A stretch of DNA of 64,000 nucleotides, from positions 8,156 through 72,155 of IMG/VR virus record IMGVR_UViG_3300018432_000004. The stretch is one strand, 5' to 3'. Of the stretch, positions 26,093 to 35,751 are shown piece after piece. Origin of the DNA: a virus. Position 1 is the first letter of the stretch. Every line of letters begins with the position of its first letter. The notes under the pieces were generated by a model that was not told the origin of the DNA, did no database searches, and saw only the letters and a list, made by a program, of their open reading frames with translations. The position numbers and the translations under genes were made by a program.

Positions 26093-26487
26093 GGCCGGAT
26101 AACACGATGCGCTCAGTGCTGCTGGCGCTGGGCATCACGTTCGTGACGCTCGGCTCGGTGTTCACGATCTCGCCCGAGCTGCTCGAGCACTCGCCCGTCG
26201 GCTTCGAGCAGCGCGGCGCCGTCCATCACATCTGGCACTACATGATCCTGATCGGCGGCCTGTCGCTGCTGATCGGCCTGCTGATGCCCGACCGCGCGTT
26301 TGAGAGGATCGGACTCGTCGGGTGCGGGCTTCCCGTGCTGCTGAACCTCGCCGCCGCCATGCTCGCCGACGATGAGAGCTTCAACACAAGCCTGAGCCCG
26401 AGCGTGTCCGGGATCGGCATCGCCCTGCGCGTCGTCGTCCTAGCCCTGATCGTGGTTCGCTTACGCGAGATGCGGGAGGACCGATGA
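26089..26487 (+). CDS. Membrane protein (about 4 TM)
   Basis: ATGA coupling; multiple hydrophobic segments. Confidence 0.7.
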   Translation: MRPDNTMRSVLLALGITFVTLGSVFTISPELLEHSPVGFEQRGAVHHIWHYMILIGGLSLLIGLLMPDRAFERIGLVGCGLPVLLNLAAAMLADDESFNTSLSPSVSGIGIALRVVVLALIVVRLREMREDR

Positions 26488-26685
26488 ATGGAAACGCTGT
26501 CCGCCGCCGAGAGGGCCTGGATCTGGCTGGCCCGGCTGCTCGGCGGGTCGATGTTCGTGTACTCGATGGTGGCGCTCGGGGGGGACGTGCCGACGCCGGC
26601 CTACGCTGTGATCGGGGGGCTGCTGGGCGGCGGGTTCGTCTACAAGGCGCAGAAGAAGGCACGAGCGGAGGAGGCCGCCTCGTGA
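26488..26685 (+). CDS. Small membrane protein (2 TM, holin-like)
   Basis: WLARLLGGSMFVYSMV..AYAVIGGLLGGGFVY then basic tail. Confidence 0.65.
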   Translation: METLSAAERAWIWLARLLGGSMFVYSMVALGGDVPTPAYAVIGGLLGGGFVYKAQKKARAEEAAS

Positions 26686-26780
26686 CGCGGTTCGTCCGTC
26701 GCAACATGTTCGTGCTGTGGGTGGTCATGGTGACGGGCGCCACGCTGATCTTGGCGATCATTGAGGCGGTGTCCCGATGA
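26682..26780 (+). CDS. 32-aa membrane peptide
   Basis: GTGA and ATGA overlaps on both sides; one TM segment. Confidence 0.55.
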   Translation: MTRFVRRNMFVLWVVMVTGATLILAIIEAVSR

Positions 26781-27424
26781 GCGAGGGCGAGGGCGAGGGC
26801 GAGCGCGGACGCGACGGAGCGACGGGCGCCGAGGGACGTGCCGGAACCACGGGCCGCGAGGGGTCCACCGGATCCACGGGCGCGGAGGGGTCCACGGGCG
26901 GGGAGGGCCCGCGGGGCGCCGCGGGCGCAAGGGGCGAGCGAGGGCGCGAGGGCGTCACGGGCGCCGAGGGTCGCGCCGGCACGACGGGCGCGGAGGGCCA
27001 CATCGGCGCCACGGGCGAGGCGGGAGCAGCCGGCGCGCAGGGTCCGCGCGGACGCTACGGCGCCGCCGGCTTCCTGATCCTGATGACGTTCTGCTTCGCC
27101 GGTTTCTTGGCGGTCGATAGGCAGGGCGCTCGCAGCGTCCAGGCCGACCGCGACGGCTGCGAAGACGTCAACGTGCTGCGCGTCAACCAGGCGAGGAACT
27201 ACCTCGCCGATATCCGCCAGACCGAGCGGGCCCTGCGCGGCGAGCTCGGCCCGCTCAGGCAGTTTCGCGGGCAGGCGCAGCGCGGCGTGACGCGCCGCAA
27301 GGATTCCCTGCGCCGGCTGCGCGAATCGGTGCAGGAGCACCCGCTGCAGGGCAAGGCGGCGCTGCTCTACCCGAGGGACGAGCGCCGGTATCGCATCGAT
27401 TGCGTCCGCGCCTACCCCGGATGA
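26777..27424 (+). CDS. Collagen-like repeat membrane protein
   Basis: 30 consecutive Gly-X-Y triplets (about 26798-27067), then a TM segment and a C-terminal region with two Cys. Confidence 0.85.
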   Translation: MSEGEGEGERGRDGATGAEGRAGTTGREGSTGSTGAEGSTGGEGPRGAAGARGERGREGVTGAEGRAGTTGAEGHIGATGEAGAAGAQGPRGRYGAAGFLILMTFCFAGFLAVDRQGARSVQADRDGCEDVNVLRVNQARNYLADIRQTERALRGELGPLRQFRGQAQRGVTRRKDSLRRLRESVQEHPLQGKAALLYPRDERRYRIDCVRAYPG

Positions 27425-27513
27425 TCGCCCACGCGGGGCACTGGCTCACCGAGGCGTTGTTCGTCGTGCCGCTCGTGCTGCTCGGCGTTGCGCTGTGGGC
27501 CACGCGGCGTTGA
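27421..27513 (+). CDS. 30-aa membrane peptide (HAGHW motif)
   Basis: MIAHAGHWLTEALFVVPLVLLGVALWATRR; ATGA coupling. Confidence 0.55.
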   Translation: MIAHAGHWLTEALFVVPLVLLGVALWATRR

Positions 27514-27561
27514 GTTGCCGATGACGACCCGCGCGCGCTAGGCTCGCCCTCCGCCCTGTCC

Positions 27562-27584
27562 GCTACAGTGTGCGGCGCAACCCC
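27562..27584 (+). promoter_or_regulatory. Promoter/operator/leader motif (copy 3)
   Basis: gctacagtgtgcggcgcaacccc upstream of Ku. Confidence 0.8.
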
Positions 27585-27605
27585 TACGGCTTCGGAGGCC
27601 ACCAC

Positions 27606-28592
27606 ATGCGCGCAGTGTCCAGGACCACCCTCGCCCTCGGCGACCTGCTCGAGATCCCGATCGGCGTCGTCGCCGCGACCGGCACGGACGACATCACGTT
27701 CGACACGGCCGCGCCCGACGGCGCCCCCCGCGTCCAGCAGTACGTCCACCCCGACCGCTCGCGCACGCTCTACGCGCCGCCGCCGGGCGTCAACCTCGAC
27801 GAGCTCGACGACGACGCGTTCGAGGCGCTGCAGATCGGCGATCTCACAGCGGTCGAGGTGCCCGAGGTCCTCGACGAGTCGATCAAGGGCAAGCGCGTCG
27901 GCGACACGTTCCGCGTCGTCCCGCCGTCGGAGATCGAGTACGCGACCGCTGCGACGAAGCTCGACCGCGTCGAGCTGCTCGAGGTCATCGACTACCGCAA
28001 GGTCCCGACCGACCGGCTCGCCGGCGCGTTCTGGCTGCAGCCCGATCCCGGCTTCGAGCGGCCGTTCCGCACGCTCATGGTCGCGATGCGACGCGACGGC
28101 AACGCCCTGCTCGTCAAGTGGGCCGCGAAGTCCAGGCAGCGCCTCGGCGTGATCCGCGTCCGGTCGACGCCCGAGGGCGACGCGCTCATGCTCAACGACG
28201 TCACGTTCGCCGCGAACCTTCGACCCGCCAGCGATCAGGTCCTCGCAGCCGCGAGCGTCGAGGCCCTCGACGAGCGCGCGGTGACCGCCGCGTGCGCGAT
28301 CCTCGCCGACCTGCACGGCACCGGCGAGGCGCTCGCGACCGCCCGCGACGACCTGCCGGAGCTGCTGACTAAGATCGTCGAGCACGCCCACGAGGGCATC
28401 TACGACGACCCCGCGCGCGTGCTGGAGCTCGCCGCGACCTTCGGCGACGGGCTGGACGAGCGCCACGACCGGCTCGTGCTGTGGGCCGAGGCGCGCTGGC
28501 CCGAGCTGGCCGACAAGCGCGAGGAGGTCGAGCGCGTCATCGCGGACGGCGGGGAGGACGTGGGCGAGAAGCTCGCTGCGATCGTCGGCTGA
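27606..28592 (+). CDS. ku: Ku-like DNA end-binding protein
   Basis: MRAVSRTTLALG.LLEIPIGVVAAT, FWLQPD..PFRTLMVAMR, RQRLGVIRV..LMLNDVTFAANLR, ARDD. Confidence 0.8.
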   Translation: MRAVSRTTLALGDLLEIPIGVVAATGTDDITFDTAAPDGAPRVQQYVHPDRSRTLYAPPPGVNLDELDDDAFEALQIGDLTAVEVPEVLDESIKGKRVGDTFRVVPPSEIEYATAATKLDRVELLEVIDYRKVPTDRLAGAFWLQPDPGFERPFRTLMVAMRRDGNALLVKWAAKSRQRLGVIRVRSTPEGDALMLNDVTFAANLRPASDQVLAAASVEALDERAVTAACAILADLHGTGEALATARDDLPELLTKIVEHAHEGIYDDPARVLELAATFGDGLDERHDRLVLWAEARWPELADKREEVERVIADGGEDVGEKLAAIVG

Positions 28593-28597
28593 CGCCG

Positions 28598-28735
28598 ATG
28601 CTCGCGCTAGTCCTGCTGTCGGTCCGCTGCCTCGCGTGCCGCCTGCCGTGGGTCGACACCGCCGACGCACACGAGCACGCGTCCGGCTGCCCGTACTGCG
28701 GGCACGCGTGGACGGAGGCGCACGCTCATGCCTGA
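28598..28735 (+). CDS. Small Zn-finger protein
   Basis: CLACR..CPYCG; 45 aa. Confidence 0.5.
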   Translation: MLALVLLSVRCLACRLPWVDTADAHEHASGCPYCGHAWTEAHAHA

Positions 28736-29075
28736 CCGCCTCCAACTCGTCGGCGGCCCGCTCGACGGCCACGAGATCACGAAGCCCGCCGGAAAGTACG
28801 CGTGGGTGCGCGGCACCGTATCGGCGCTCCCGTCGCTGCGCGTCCACGACAGCTACAGCCGGCTGCGGCTGCTGCCCGGCGCGAAGGCGCGGTTCCTGCG
28901 CGGCGCCGCCGCCTCAAGCAGACCACGCGACGGAGCGGCGCTCTACGAGGACGTCGGCGGCGTCCTGCTGTACGCCGGCCATCGCGTCACGCTCTGCCGC
29001 GACTGCGGCGCGTACCACGGCAAGTGCGAAGGAGGCCGCGAGAAGCGTCGCTGCGCGTTCGGGGACAGCGGATGA
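28728..29075 (+). CDS. Hypothetical protein with C-terminal Cys cluster
   Basis: LVGGPLDG start motif; CRDCGAYH..C..C. Confidence 0.65.
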   Translation: MPDRLQLVGGPLDGHEITKPAGKYAWVRGTVSALPSLRVHDSYSRLRLLPGAKARFLRGAAASSRPRDGAALYEDVGGVLLYAGHRVTLCRDCGAYHGKCEGGREKRRCAFGDSG

Positions 29076-29344
29076 CCGGCAAGGCGCACGGTGCCCGCGA
29101 GCGCGAGCAGGACGGGCTTTACATGGACGACGTTCTGCTGCTGCCGCGGGGCGACTGCGCAATATGGGTTGGTCGGGACTTCCCCAACCCCGAAAAGGTC
29201 CATGTGCGCGACTGCGTGATCCTCGTCGGGGCGTTCCACATCCGGCCGTTTCTGCGCCGGCGGCGCCTGCGGTGGCTTCGTGACCCCGTCGCCCGTCTCG
29301 ACCGCTTGATCGCCGTCGACAAGGCGATGCGCTGGACGCTGTGA
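29072..29344 (+). CDS. Hypothetical protein
   Basis: Coupled on both sides; 90 aa. Confidence 0.5.
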   Translation: MTGKAHGAREREQDGLYMDDVLLLPRGDCAIWVGRDFPNPEKVHVRDCVILVGAFHIRPFLRRRRLRWLRDPVARLDRLIAVDKAMRWTL

Positions 29345-31209
29345 CTGAGCGCTGGCGGGTCGAGCTCGGCGACTGCATTGCGGTCCTCGAGCGGATGCCC
29401 GCGGACTCCGTCGACGCCGTCGTGACCGATCCGCCCTACGGCCTTGAGTTCATGGGGCAGGCGTGGGATCGACCGTGGGCGGTCAGCTCGGAGGTTCCCG
29501 TCGGCTTCGCGGGCCGCGAGGGGTCGACGCTGCCATCGCACCGCGACGGGCGCAACGCGAACTGCCGGCGCTGCGGCGGCCGCGCCCGCGGCGAGAACCG
29601 CTGCGAGTGCCCGGAGCCCGCGTGGGACCGCGCGCCGGCGCAGGACATGCGCGACTTCCAGGCGTGGTGCGAGGTATGGGCGCGCGCCTGCTGGCGCGTC
29701 CTCAAGCCCGGCGGAATGCTCCTAGCATTCGGCGGCACCCGCACCGCGCACCGCCTCGCGTGCGGCATCGAGGACGCGGGCTTCGAGATCCGCGACCGAG
29801 TACTCACGCTCAACGGGCACGTCCTCGGCGCCGAGGTCGATTGGATCTACGGCTCGGGCTGGCCGAAGTCGCGGAACATCGGCAAGGCGATCGACGCGCG
29901 CGCCGGCGCCGAGCGCGAGGTCATCGGCACGAAGGTCGGGCAGCCCGGCTACAGCCTCGCCGAGTCGAAGGGCGGCGCCGTCTACGGCGACGGCATCGGC
30001 GGCACCGGCGATCCCGAGCGCGAGGCCGAGATAACCGCGCCCGCGACCCCCGAGGCCGCGAAGTGGGAGGGCTGGGGCACCGCGCTCAAGCCCGCCCACG
30101 AGCCGATCATCGTCGCGCGCAAGCCGTGCCGCGGCACCGTCGAGGCGCAGGTCCTCGCGACCGGCACCGGCGCCCTCAACATCGACGCGTGCCGCATCGA
30201 CTCGGGCCCCTCGCCGTCGGCCGAGCGTCGACAGGGCAGCGCCGCGCATCTCAACCGTCCCCACGGCGCCTCGGGCTGGACGGACCGGCAGAGCGCCGAG
30301 AACTACGCGACGACCAGGCCGGGCGAGCAGCTCGGGCGCTGGCCGGCGAACGTCTGCCTCGTGCACTCCCCCGACTGCGAGCGCGTCGGCGAGCGTCGCG
30401 TGCCCTCAAGCGTGACCGTGCGCCGTCACGTCGAGCCGGGCACCCCCGAGCCGGGCATCTTCCCGAAGCGCGCTATCGGCGGCGACGACGTGACCTTCGG
30501 CGACGGCGACGGCATGGAGACCGTCGAGGCGTGGGACTGCGCGCCCGGCTGCCCCGTCGCGCAGCTCAACCGCCTCTCCGGCGAGCTGTCAAGCGGCGAC
30601 CCGACCGCCCACGGGGATCCCGCGCGGCGCAACGGCCAGAACACCTACATGGGCGAGTCCAGGCCGGAGGGCACGCCCCTCCTCGGCTACGGCGACCGCG
30701 GCGGCGCCTCCCGCTTCTACTACTCGGGCAAGGCGAGCCCCGTCGAGCGCGACGCCGGGCTGGAGGGCTTCGACGAGCGCGAGGCGGGTCAGTTTGAGGA
30801 CGACGCCTACGCGTGGGCGACGGACGGCCGCGGCAACCCGCGCGCGGCGCCCGTCAGCAAGCGCAACATTCATCCCACCGTCAAGCCGATCGAGCTCATG
30901 CGCTGGCTCGTGCGCCTCGTCGCGCCGAAGGGCGCCGTCGTCCTGGACCCGTTCGCGGGCTCGGGCTCGACCGGCTGCGCCGCCGCGCTCGAGGGCGTCC
31001 GGTTCGTCGGGATCGAGCGCGACGAGGCGTTCGCGGCGATCGCGCGCGCCCGCGTCACGTTTTGGGCGGGGTTCCCCGTCGGCACGCCCGTCGCTCGCGT
31101 CCTCGCGGAGGAGAACGCGCGCCGGCGTGGAAGGGACGAAGCGCACGAGCGCCAGCGGGATGCCCGCGCCGCCGGCCAGCTCGACCTACTCGCGGGCGCC
31201 GGGGAGTAA
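29341..31209 (+). CDS. N6-adenine/N4-cytosine DNA methyltransferase (beta class) with large insertions
   Basis: VDAVVTDPPYG; HPTVKPIELMRWL; VLDPFAGSGSTG. Confidence 0.95.
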   Translation: MTERWRVELGDCIAVLERMPADSVDAVVTDPPYGLEFMGQAWDRPWAVSSEVPVGFAGREGSTLPSHRDGRNANCRRCGGRARGENRCECPEPAWDRAPAQDMRDFQAWCEVWARACWRVLKPGGMLLAFGGTRTAHRLACGIEDAGFEIRDRVLTLNGHVLGAEVDWIYGSGWPKSRNIGKAIDARAGAEREVIGTKVGQPGYSLAESKGGAVYGDGIGGTGDPEREAEITAPATPEAAKWEGWGTALKPAHEPIIVARKPCRGTVEAQVLATGTGALNIDACRIDSGPSPSAERRQGSAAHLNRPHGASGWTDRQSAENYATTRPGEQLGRWPANVCLVHSPDCERVGERRVPSSVTVRRHVEPGTPEPGIFPKRAIGGDDVTFGDGDGMETVEAWDCAPGCPVAQLNRLSGELSSGDPTAHGDPARRNGQNTYMGESRPEGTPLLGYGDRGGASRFYYSGKASPVERDAGLEGFDEREAGQFEDDAYAWATDGRGNPRAAPVSKRNIHPTVKPIELMRWLVRLVAPKGAVVLDPFAGSGSTGCAAALEGVRFVGIERDEAFAAIARARVTFWAGFPVGTPVARVLAEENARRRGRDEAHERQRDARAAGQLDLLAGAGE

Positions 31210-31214
31210 CCGCG

Positions 31215-31547
31215 ATGGAAGACGACACGCAGGGGTTCGACGGGGACGGCGGCGGGTCGGAGCAGCGCAAGCGCTCCCCGATCGGCCGCGCGATCGCCGC
31301 GGCGCAGGCCGCGCTGGAGGAGGCGATCGAGGCGGAGGGCGGCAAGGTGCTGTGCGCCGTGATGATCGTCCACGCCGGCGGCGTGGCGCCCGACGGAGGG
31401 ATCGACGCGTGCGCCGACGATGTCGACGGGCCGCAGAGCCCCGACGACCTGCTCGCGTTCGCGCTCAACGGCGTCGCATCGCTCGCCGACCGCTACGGCC
31501 TGCCGTTCGCCGTCATGGACGTGCCGACCACCGGGGGGCAGGGATGA
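31215..31547 (+). CDS. Hypothetical protein
   Basis: GGGGAG RBS; 110 aa; coupled to the next gene. Confidence 0.65.
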   Translation: MEDDTQGFDGDGGGSEQRKRSPIGRAIAAAQAALEEAIEAEGGKVLCAVMIVHAGGVAPDGGIDACADDVDGPQSPDDLLAFALNGVASLADRYGLPFAVMDVPTTGGQG

Positions 31548-32470
31548 GCAGCACAAAGATCGAGTGGGCGACCGACGTCTACAACGCGTTCACCGGCTGC
31601 GACCGCCTGTCGCCCGGCTGCGCGCACTGCTACGCCCTGGACTACGCGCTGCGACTCAAGGCGCAGGAGATCGGGCGCGCCGCGAAGATGATCGCCGACG
31701 GCAAGCCCGAGCCCGTCATGCGCTACCAGCACGACGGCGACCCGCGCACGAGCGGGCCCGGCTTCGGATTCACGGTGCACTGGGACAAGCTCGAGCGCCC
31801 GCCGCGCTTCAAGGCGGGCGCCCGCGTCTTCGTCAACTCCATGAGCGACGTGTTCCACGAGAACGCGCCGTGGGCCGCGCACCTCGCGCTGTGGCGCGTC
31901 TTCGCCGCACGCCCAGACGTGCATTGGCTCGTGCTCACCAAGCGCGCCGAGCGGATGCGCGACGTTGTAGATCAGCTCGGCTTCGCCGGCGGCTGGCCGG
32001 AGTGGCCGCTGCGCAACGTGTGGCTCGGCGTGTCGATCGAGAACCGCCGGTTCGTGCACCGCGCCGACGAGCTGCGCGACACCGCAGCAGCCGTGCGCTT
32101 CATCTCCGCCGAGCCGCTGCTCGGACCGCTGATCTATGACACCGCGATCATGGAGCCGAGCACGGGCAGCTACAACCCGTGCTGGCACGACGATCGATTG
32201 TCGCCCGGCCAGGAGTACCCGACCTCGACGCCGGAGCTCGACCTGGCCAGCATGGACTGGCTCATCGCCGGCGGCGAGTCGGGCAAGGGGCATCGCCGCC
32301 TCGACCTCGGGTGGATGCGCGCGCTACGCGACGAGTGCGCCGCGCAGGGCACGGCGCTGTTCGTCAAGCAGCTCGGCGGCCACCGGCCCGGCGACAGGCT
32401 CGAGGATCTCCCCGAGGATCTGCGGATCCGCGACTTCCCGGCCGTGTACGCGCGCCAACCCGCCGCGTAA
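31544..32470 (+). CDS. DUF5131 (Gp37/Gp68-like) radical-SAM-like protein
   Basis: TKIEWATDVYNAFTGCDRLSPGCAHCYA, VFVNSMSDVFH, NVWLGVSIEN, RFISAEPLLG, WLIAGGESG. Confidence 0.95.
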   Translation: MSSTKIEWATDVYNAFTGCDRLSPGCAHCYALDYALRLKAQEIGRAAKMIADGKPEPVMRYQHDGDPRTSGPGFGFTVHWDKLERPPRFKAGARVFVNSMSDVFHENAPWAAHLALWRVFAARPDVHWLVLTKRAERMRDVVDQLGFAGGWPEWPLRNVWLGVSIENRRFVHRADELRDTAAAVRFISAEPLLGPLIYDTAIMEPSTGSYNPCWHDDRLSPGQEYPTSTPELDLASMDWLIAGGESGKGHRRLDLGWMRALRDECAAQGTALFVKQLGGHRPGDRLEDLPEDLRIRDFPAVYARQPAA

Positions 32471-32496
32471 GTCGAGTGGAGACCTCCAGCGGGTCT

Positions 32497-32519
32497 GCTA
32501 CACTGTGCGGCGCAACCCC
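32497..32519 (+). promoter_or_regulatory. Promoter/operator/leader motif (copy 4)
   Basis: gctacactgtgcggcgcaacccc. Confidence 0.8.
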
Positions 32520-32544
32520 TTGTCGATCTAACGGAGGTCTCGCC

Positions 32545-33555
32545 GTGTCTGCCTCAACCACAGCCGTCCGCGTCCCCGGCTGGGAGCGCGTGCTCAACGC
32601 GTTCATGGCCGCGCCCGACCGCACCCTCACGAACGTGCAGCTCGGCGACGTCCCCGGCGTCCAAGCGTTCCACCAGCGCATCCAGGACATGCGGCGCTAC
32701 GGCTACGTCGTGACCGAGGCCGTGCTCGTCAAGAAGGGCCGCTACGCCTACACCCTCGTGGGCGTCCGCGGCGACGAGGGCGTCTCCGACCTGCGACACG
32801 CCGACGCGCTGCCGCACCTTCACGACGAGGCGATCGACGCCGCGATCCGCGACGCCGAGGGCGCGATCGAGGCCAACCGCGAGGCGCTCGCCAAGCGCGA
32901 GCGGGCACCCATCCGCCCGCCCGCCCGCACCGTCGAGCAGTCGCGGATGGTCCGCGACGCCGTCGCGTCGCTGCAGGACGGCCTGCCCGAGGGCGTGCTC
33001 GCCGACCTCGGCGACGGCCGCGACGACCTGCTCTCGCTGGCGCACGCCGCCCGCGACGCGATGACCGTCTACAGCAGCAGCGTGGCGGCAGAGGTCATCT
33101 CCGCGCACCGCACCGCGCTCGTCGCCGTCCTCAACGTCCTCGGCGACCCGCCCCCGATCGAAAGCGCCGACATTCTCGTGGCGTGGGCGCAGGAGCGCCG
33201 CGACAGCATCGTCGCCGCTGAGATCGCGGCCGACCGCGCGGAGCGCCGCCCCGCCGCACGCGCGCCGCGCGCCGACCGCGCGCCGACCGGCCCGACGCTC
33301 ATGCGCAAGGCGCTGGAGCACCACGAGCAGCCGATGCACTCCGCCAAGATCGCCGCATGGGTCATGGAGAACGGCGGCGCAGACGTCTACAAGGGCAAGA
33401 CGCCGGCCGCGACGATGGCCGCTCAGCTCGCCACCAGCAACAAGGAGGAGGCGGAGTTCGTGAAGGTCGCGCCCGGCTGCTACGCCCTGCGCGAGTGGAC
33501 CGGCAAGCACGACCAGTTCGGCGACCCCCTCCTCGACCTCGACCCGATCCGATGA
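32545..33555 (+). CDS. DNA-binding protein with N-terminal wHTH and C-terminal HARE-HTH-like domain
   Basis: GGAGG RBS; FHQRIQDMRRYGY; ALEHHEQPMHSAKI..GKTPAATMAAQL..FVKVAPGCYALREW. Confidence 0.75.
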   Translation: MSASTTAVRVPGWERVLNAFMAAPDRTLTNVQLGDVPGVQAFHQRIQDMRRYGYVVTEAVLVKKGRYAYTLVGVRGDEGVSDLRHADALPHLHDEAIDAAIRDAEGAIEANREALAKRERAPIRPPARTVEQSRMVRDAVASLQDGLPEGVLADLGDGRDDLLSLAHAARDAMTVYSSSVAAEVISAHRTALVAVLNVLGDPPPIESADILVAWAQERRDSIVAAEIAADRAERRPAARAPRADRAPTGPTLMRKALEHHEQPMHSAKIAAWVMENGGADVYKGKTPAATMAAQLATSNKEEAEFVKVAPGCYALREWTGKHDQFGDPLLDLDPIR

Positions 33556-33653
33556 CCCTTGCGCTGCTGCCGCTCGCGTGCGTGTCGCCGACGGTCGTCG
33601 TCGTGCTCTGCCTCATCATCGCGTTCCTCGTGTTCATCGGCGCGACGGCATGA
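33552..33653 (+). CDS. 33-aa hydrophobic peptide
   Basis: ATGA overlaps on both sides. Confidence 0.55.
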   Translation: MTLALLPLACVSPTVVVVLCLIIAFLVFIGATA

Positions 33654-35554
33654 CGCCCGCGAAGACGCTGAGGCTCGGCAAGGGGCTCGCGCTGCCCGTC
33701 GCGGCCGTGACCCGTACCGTCGCGGTCGTCGGGCAGAAGGGCACCGGCAAGACGTCGACCGCCGTCGTCCTCGTCGAGGAGGCGGCGGCCGCGGGCGCCC
33801 GGTTCGCGTGGATGGACCCGACCGGCGCGGCGTCGGGGCTGCGCGCGAACGCGAAGGGCGACGGTCCCGGCCTCGATTGCGTCGTCATGGGCGGCTACAA
33901 CGGCGACGTCCCGCTGTCCTCGGGCGCCGGCGCGGTCGTCGCCCGCCTCGTCGTCGTCGAGGGCTACAGCATCGTCTGCGACCTCGAGCGGATGCCGCGC
34001 TCCGAGCAGATCACGTTCGTCGCCGACTTCGCCGAGGCCGCGCTTGAGCTGTGCCGCTCGGCCGTGCTCGTGGTCTTCGACGAGGCGCCCCGCTTCGCGC
34101 CGCAGGGCGGCGCCGGCATAGACGACGACGGCACCCGCTGCCGCGTCGCCGTGACCGAGGCCGTCATGCTCGGGCGCCGCAAGGGACTCGGAACGATCCT
34201 CATCTCCCAGCGGCCGTCGAAGCTGCACAAAGACGTGCTGGAGCAGGCCGACGTACTGATCGCGCACCGCCTCATGGGCAACAACGACCGCAAGGCGATC
34301 AAGGGCTGGCTCGAGGACCACGAGGAGGGCGACGACTGGCTCGCGCGCATCTCAAGCCTCGACACCGGCCAGGCCGTCGTGCTCGGCCCCGAGTACCGCG
34401 TGGGCGGCGTCTTCCAGGTCCGCGCGAAGCGGACGTTCGACTCGTCGGCGACGCCCGAGGTCGGCGCGGAGCTGCTCGACGCGCCGCAGCGAGCATCGAT
34501 CGACCTCGCCGACCTTGAGGCGAAGATGGGCACCGCGCTGGAGGCCGCGCAGGAGAACGACCCGGCCGCGCTCAAGCGCAAGGTCGAGCGCCTCGAGCGC
34601 CAGCTTGAGGAGGGCGGCGGCGCCGACGTCGAGGAGCTGCGGGCCGCGTGCGCGAGGATCGCCGACCTTGAGGCCAACCAGCTCGGGGACGGCCAGCGCG
34701 CGGAACTGCGCGTACGCTTCCACAACGCCGACGAGAGCGCCGACGCCCTCGAGCGCGTTATGACACAGCTTCACGACGAACTGGACCGGCTCGCCACCGG
34801 CCTGCTCGACATCGGCGTCGATCTCGACTTCACGGCGGACGACGGCGCGGCGCGCAGCGCCCCGACCGGCGAGAAGGGGGTCCAAAGCGTCGCGGCCCCG
34901 ACTGCCCCGGCTCAAGGCGACAGAGCGCCGGATCAGCAGTCAAACGGCGACGGACGTGCGCCCTCGTCGTCCCCCGCGGGGGGTGGGAACGCAGTAGACG
35001 CCGGTGGCGCCCGCGCGCAGCCGGCGTCTTCGATTGAGCGGCGACCGCCGCCCGCCGATCCGGCGCGGCGCGCCGACCAGCCCGAGCTCGTCGCGGGCGC
35101 CCGGCGGATGCTCGACGCGCTGCGGCGCTACCCGCCGCTGACGCGCGCGGAGCTGGCGACGCTCGCCAACTCGTTCGGCGGGTCGATGCGGACGAACCTC
35201 TCCGCGCTCAAGGGCCTCGGCTACGTGGACGAGCAGGACGGCCGCGTCGCGCTCACCGCCGAGGGCGACATGGCCGCCGGCGGACCGGCGAAGCCCTGGA
35301 CGCCCGACGAGGTCATCGCGAAGCACTCCGGCAAGCTCGTCGCCGGCGCGCGCCGCGTCCTCGGCGTCGTCATGCGCGGCGGACTGGACGGCGGGTTCAC
35401 CCGCGCCGAACTCGAGCGGCTCGCCGACAGCAAGGGCGGCTCGTTCCGCACGAACCTGTCGAAGCTCAAGACGCTCGGGCTCGTCGAGGAGCGCAACCGC
35501 CGCGTCTACCCCGGCCACGCGCTGTACGCGAGGCAGATCGCCCACCGGCGATGA
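33650..35554 (+). CDS. HerA/FtsK-superfamily ATPase (DUF87/DUF853-like) with two C-terminal winged helices
   Basis: VVGQKGTGKT Walker A, VVFDEAPRFAPQ Walker B, GRRKGLG..ISQRPSKLHKDVLEQ. Confidence 0.85.
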   Translation: MTPAKTLRLGKGLALPVAAVTRTVAVVGQKGTGKTSTAVVLVEEAAAAGARFAWMDPTGAASGLRANAKGDGPGLDCVVMGGYNGDVPLSSGAGAVVARLVVVEGYSIVCDLERMPRSEQITFVADFAEAALELCRSAVLVVFDEAPRFAPQGGAGIDDDGTRCRVAVTEAVMLGRRKGLGTILISQRPSKLHKDVLEQADVLIAHRLMGNNDRKAIKGWLEDHEEGDDWLARISSLDTGQAVVLGPEYRVGGVFQVRAKRTFDSSATPEVGAELLDAPQRASIDLADLEAKMGTALEAAQENDPAALKRKVERLERQLEEGGGADVEELRAACARIADLEANQLGDGQRAELRVRFHNADESADALERVMTQLHDELDRLATGLLDIGVDLDFTADDGAARSAPTGEKGVQSVAAPTAPAQGDRAPDQQSNGDGRAPSSSPAGGGNAVDAGGARAQPASSIERRPPPADPARRADQPELVAGARRMLDALRRYPPLTRAELATLANSFGGSMRTNLSALKGLGYVDEQDGRVALTAEGDMAAGGPAKPWTPDEVIAKHSGKLVAGARRVLGVVMRGGLDGGFTRAELERLADSKGGSFRTNLSKLKTLGLVEERNRRVYPGHALYARQIAHRR

Positions 35555-35751
35555 GCGAGCACGTCCACGACTACCAGCCCGTCGTTCGGCGGGTGCCGGG
35601 CACGTCGCTGGAGATGATCGACGGCTACCGCTGCGCGTGCGGTCAGCGCCGTCCGCTCGCGGCCAGCACCTTCGACCCGCTCGCGAACGCGCGCGCCGCC
35701 CTCGCCATCTACCGCCGCCGCTTCCGGCAGTGGCGCAAGGAGCCCGAATGA
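35551..35751 (+). CDS. Small hypothetical protein
   Basis: HVHDY..YRCACG; coupled on both sides. Confidence 0.65.
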   Translation: MSEHVHDYQPVVRRVPGTSLEMIDGYRCACGQRRPLAASTFDPLANARAALAIYRRRFRQWRKEPE

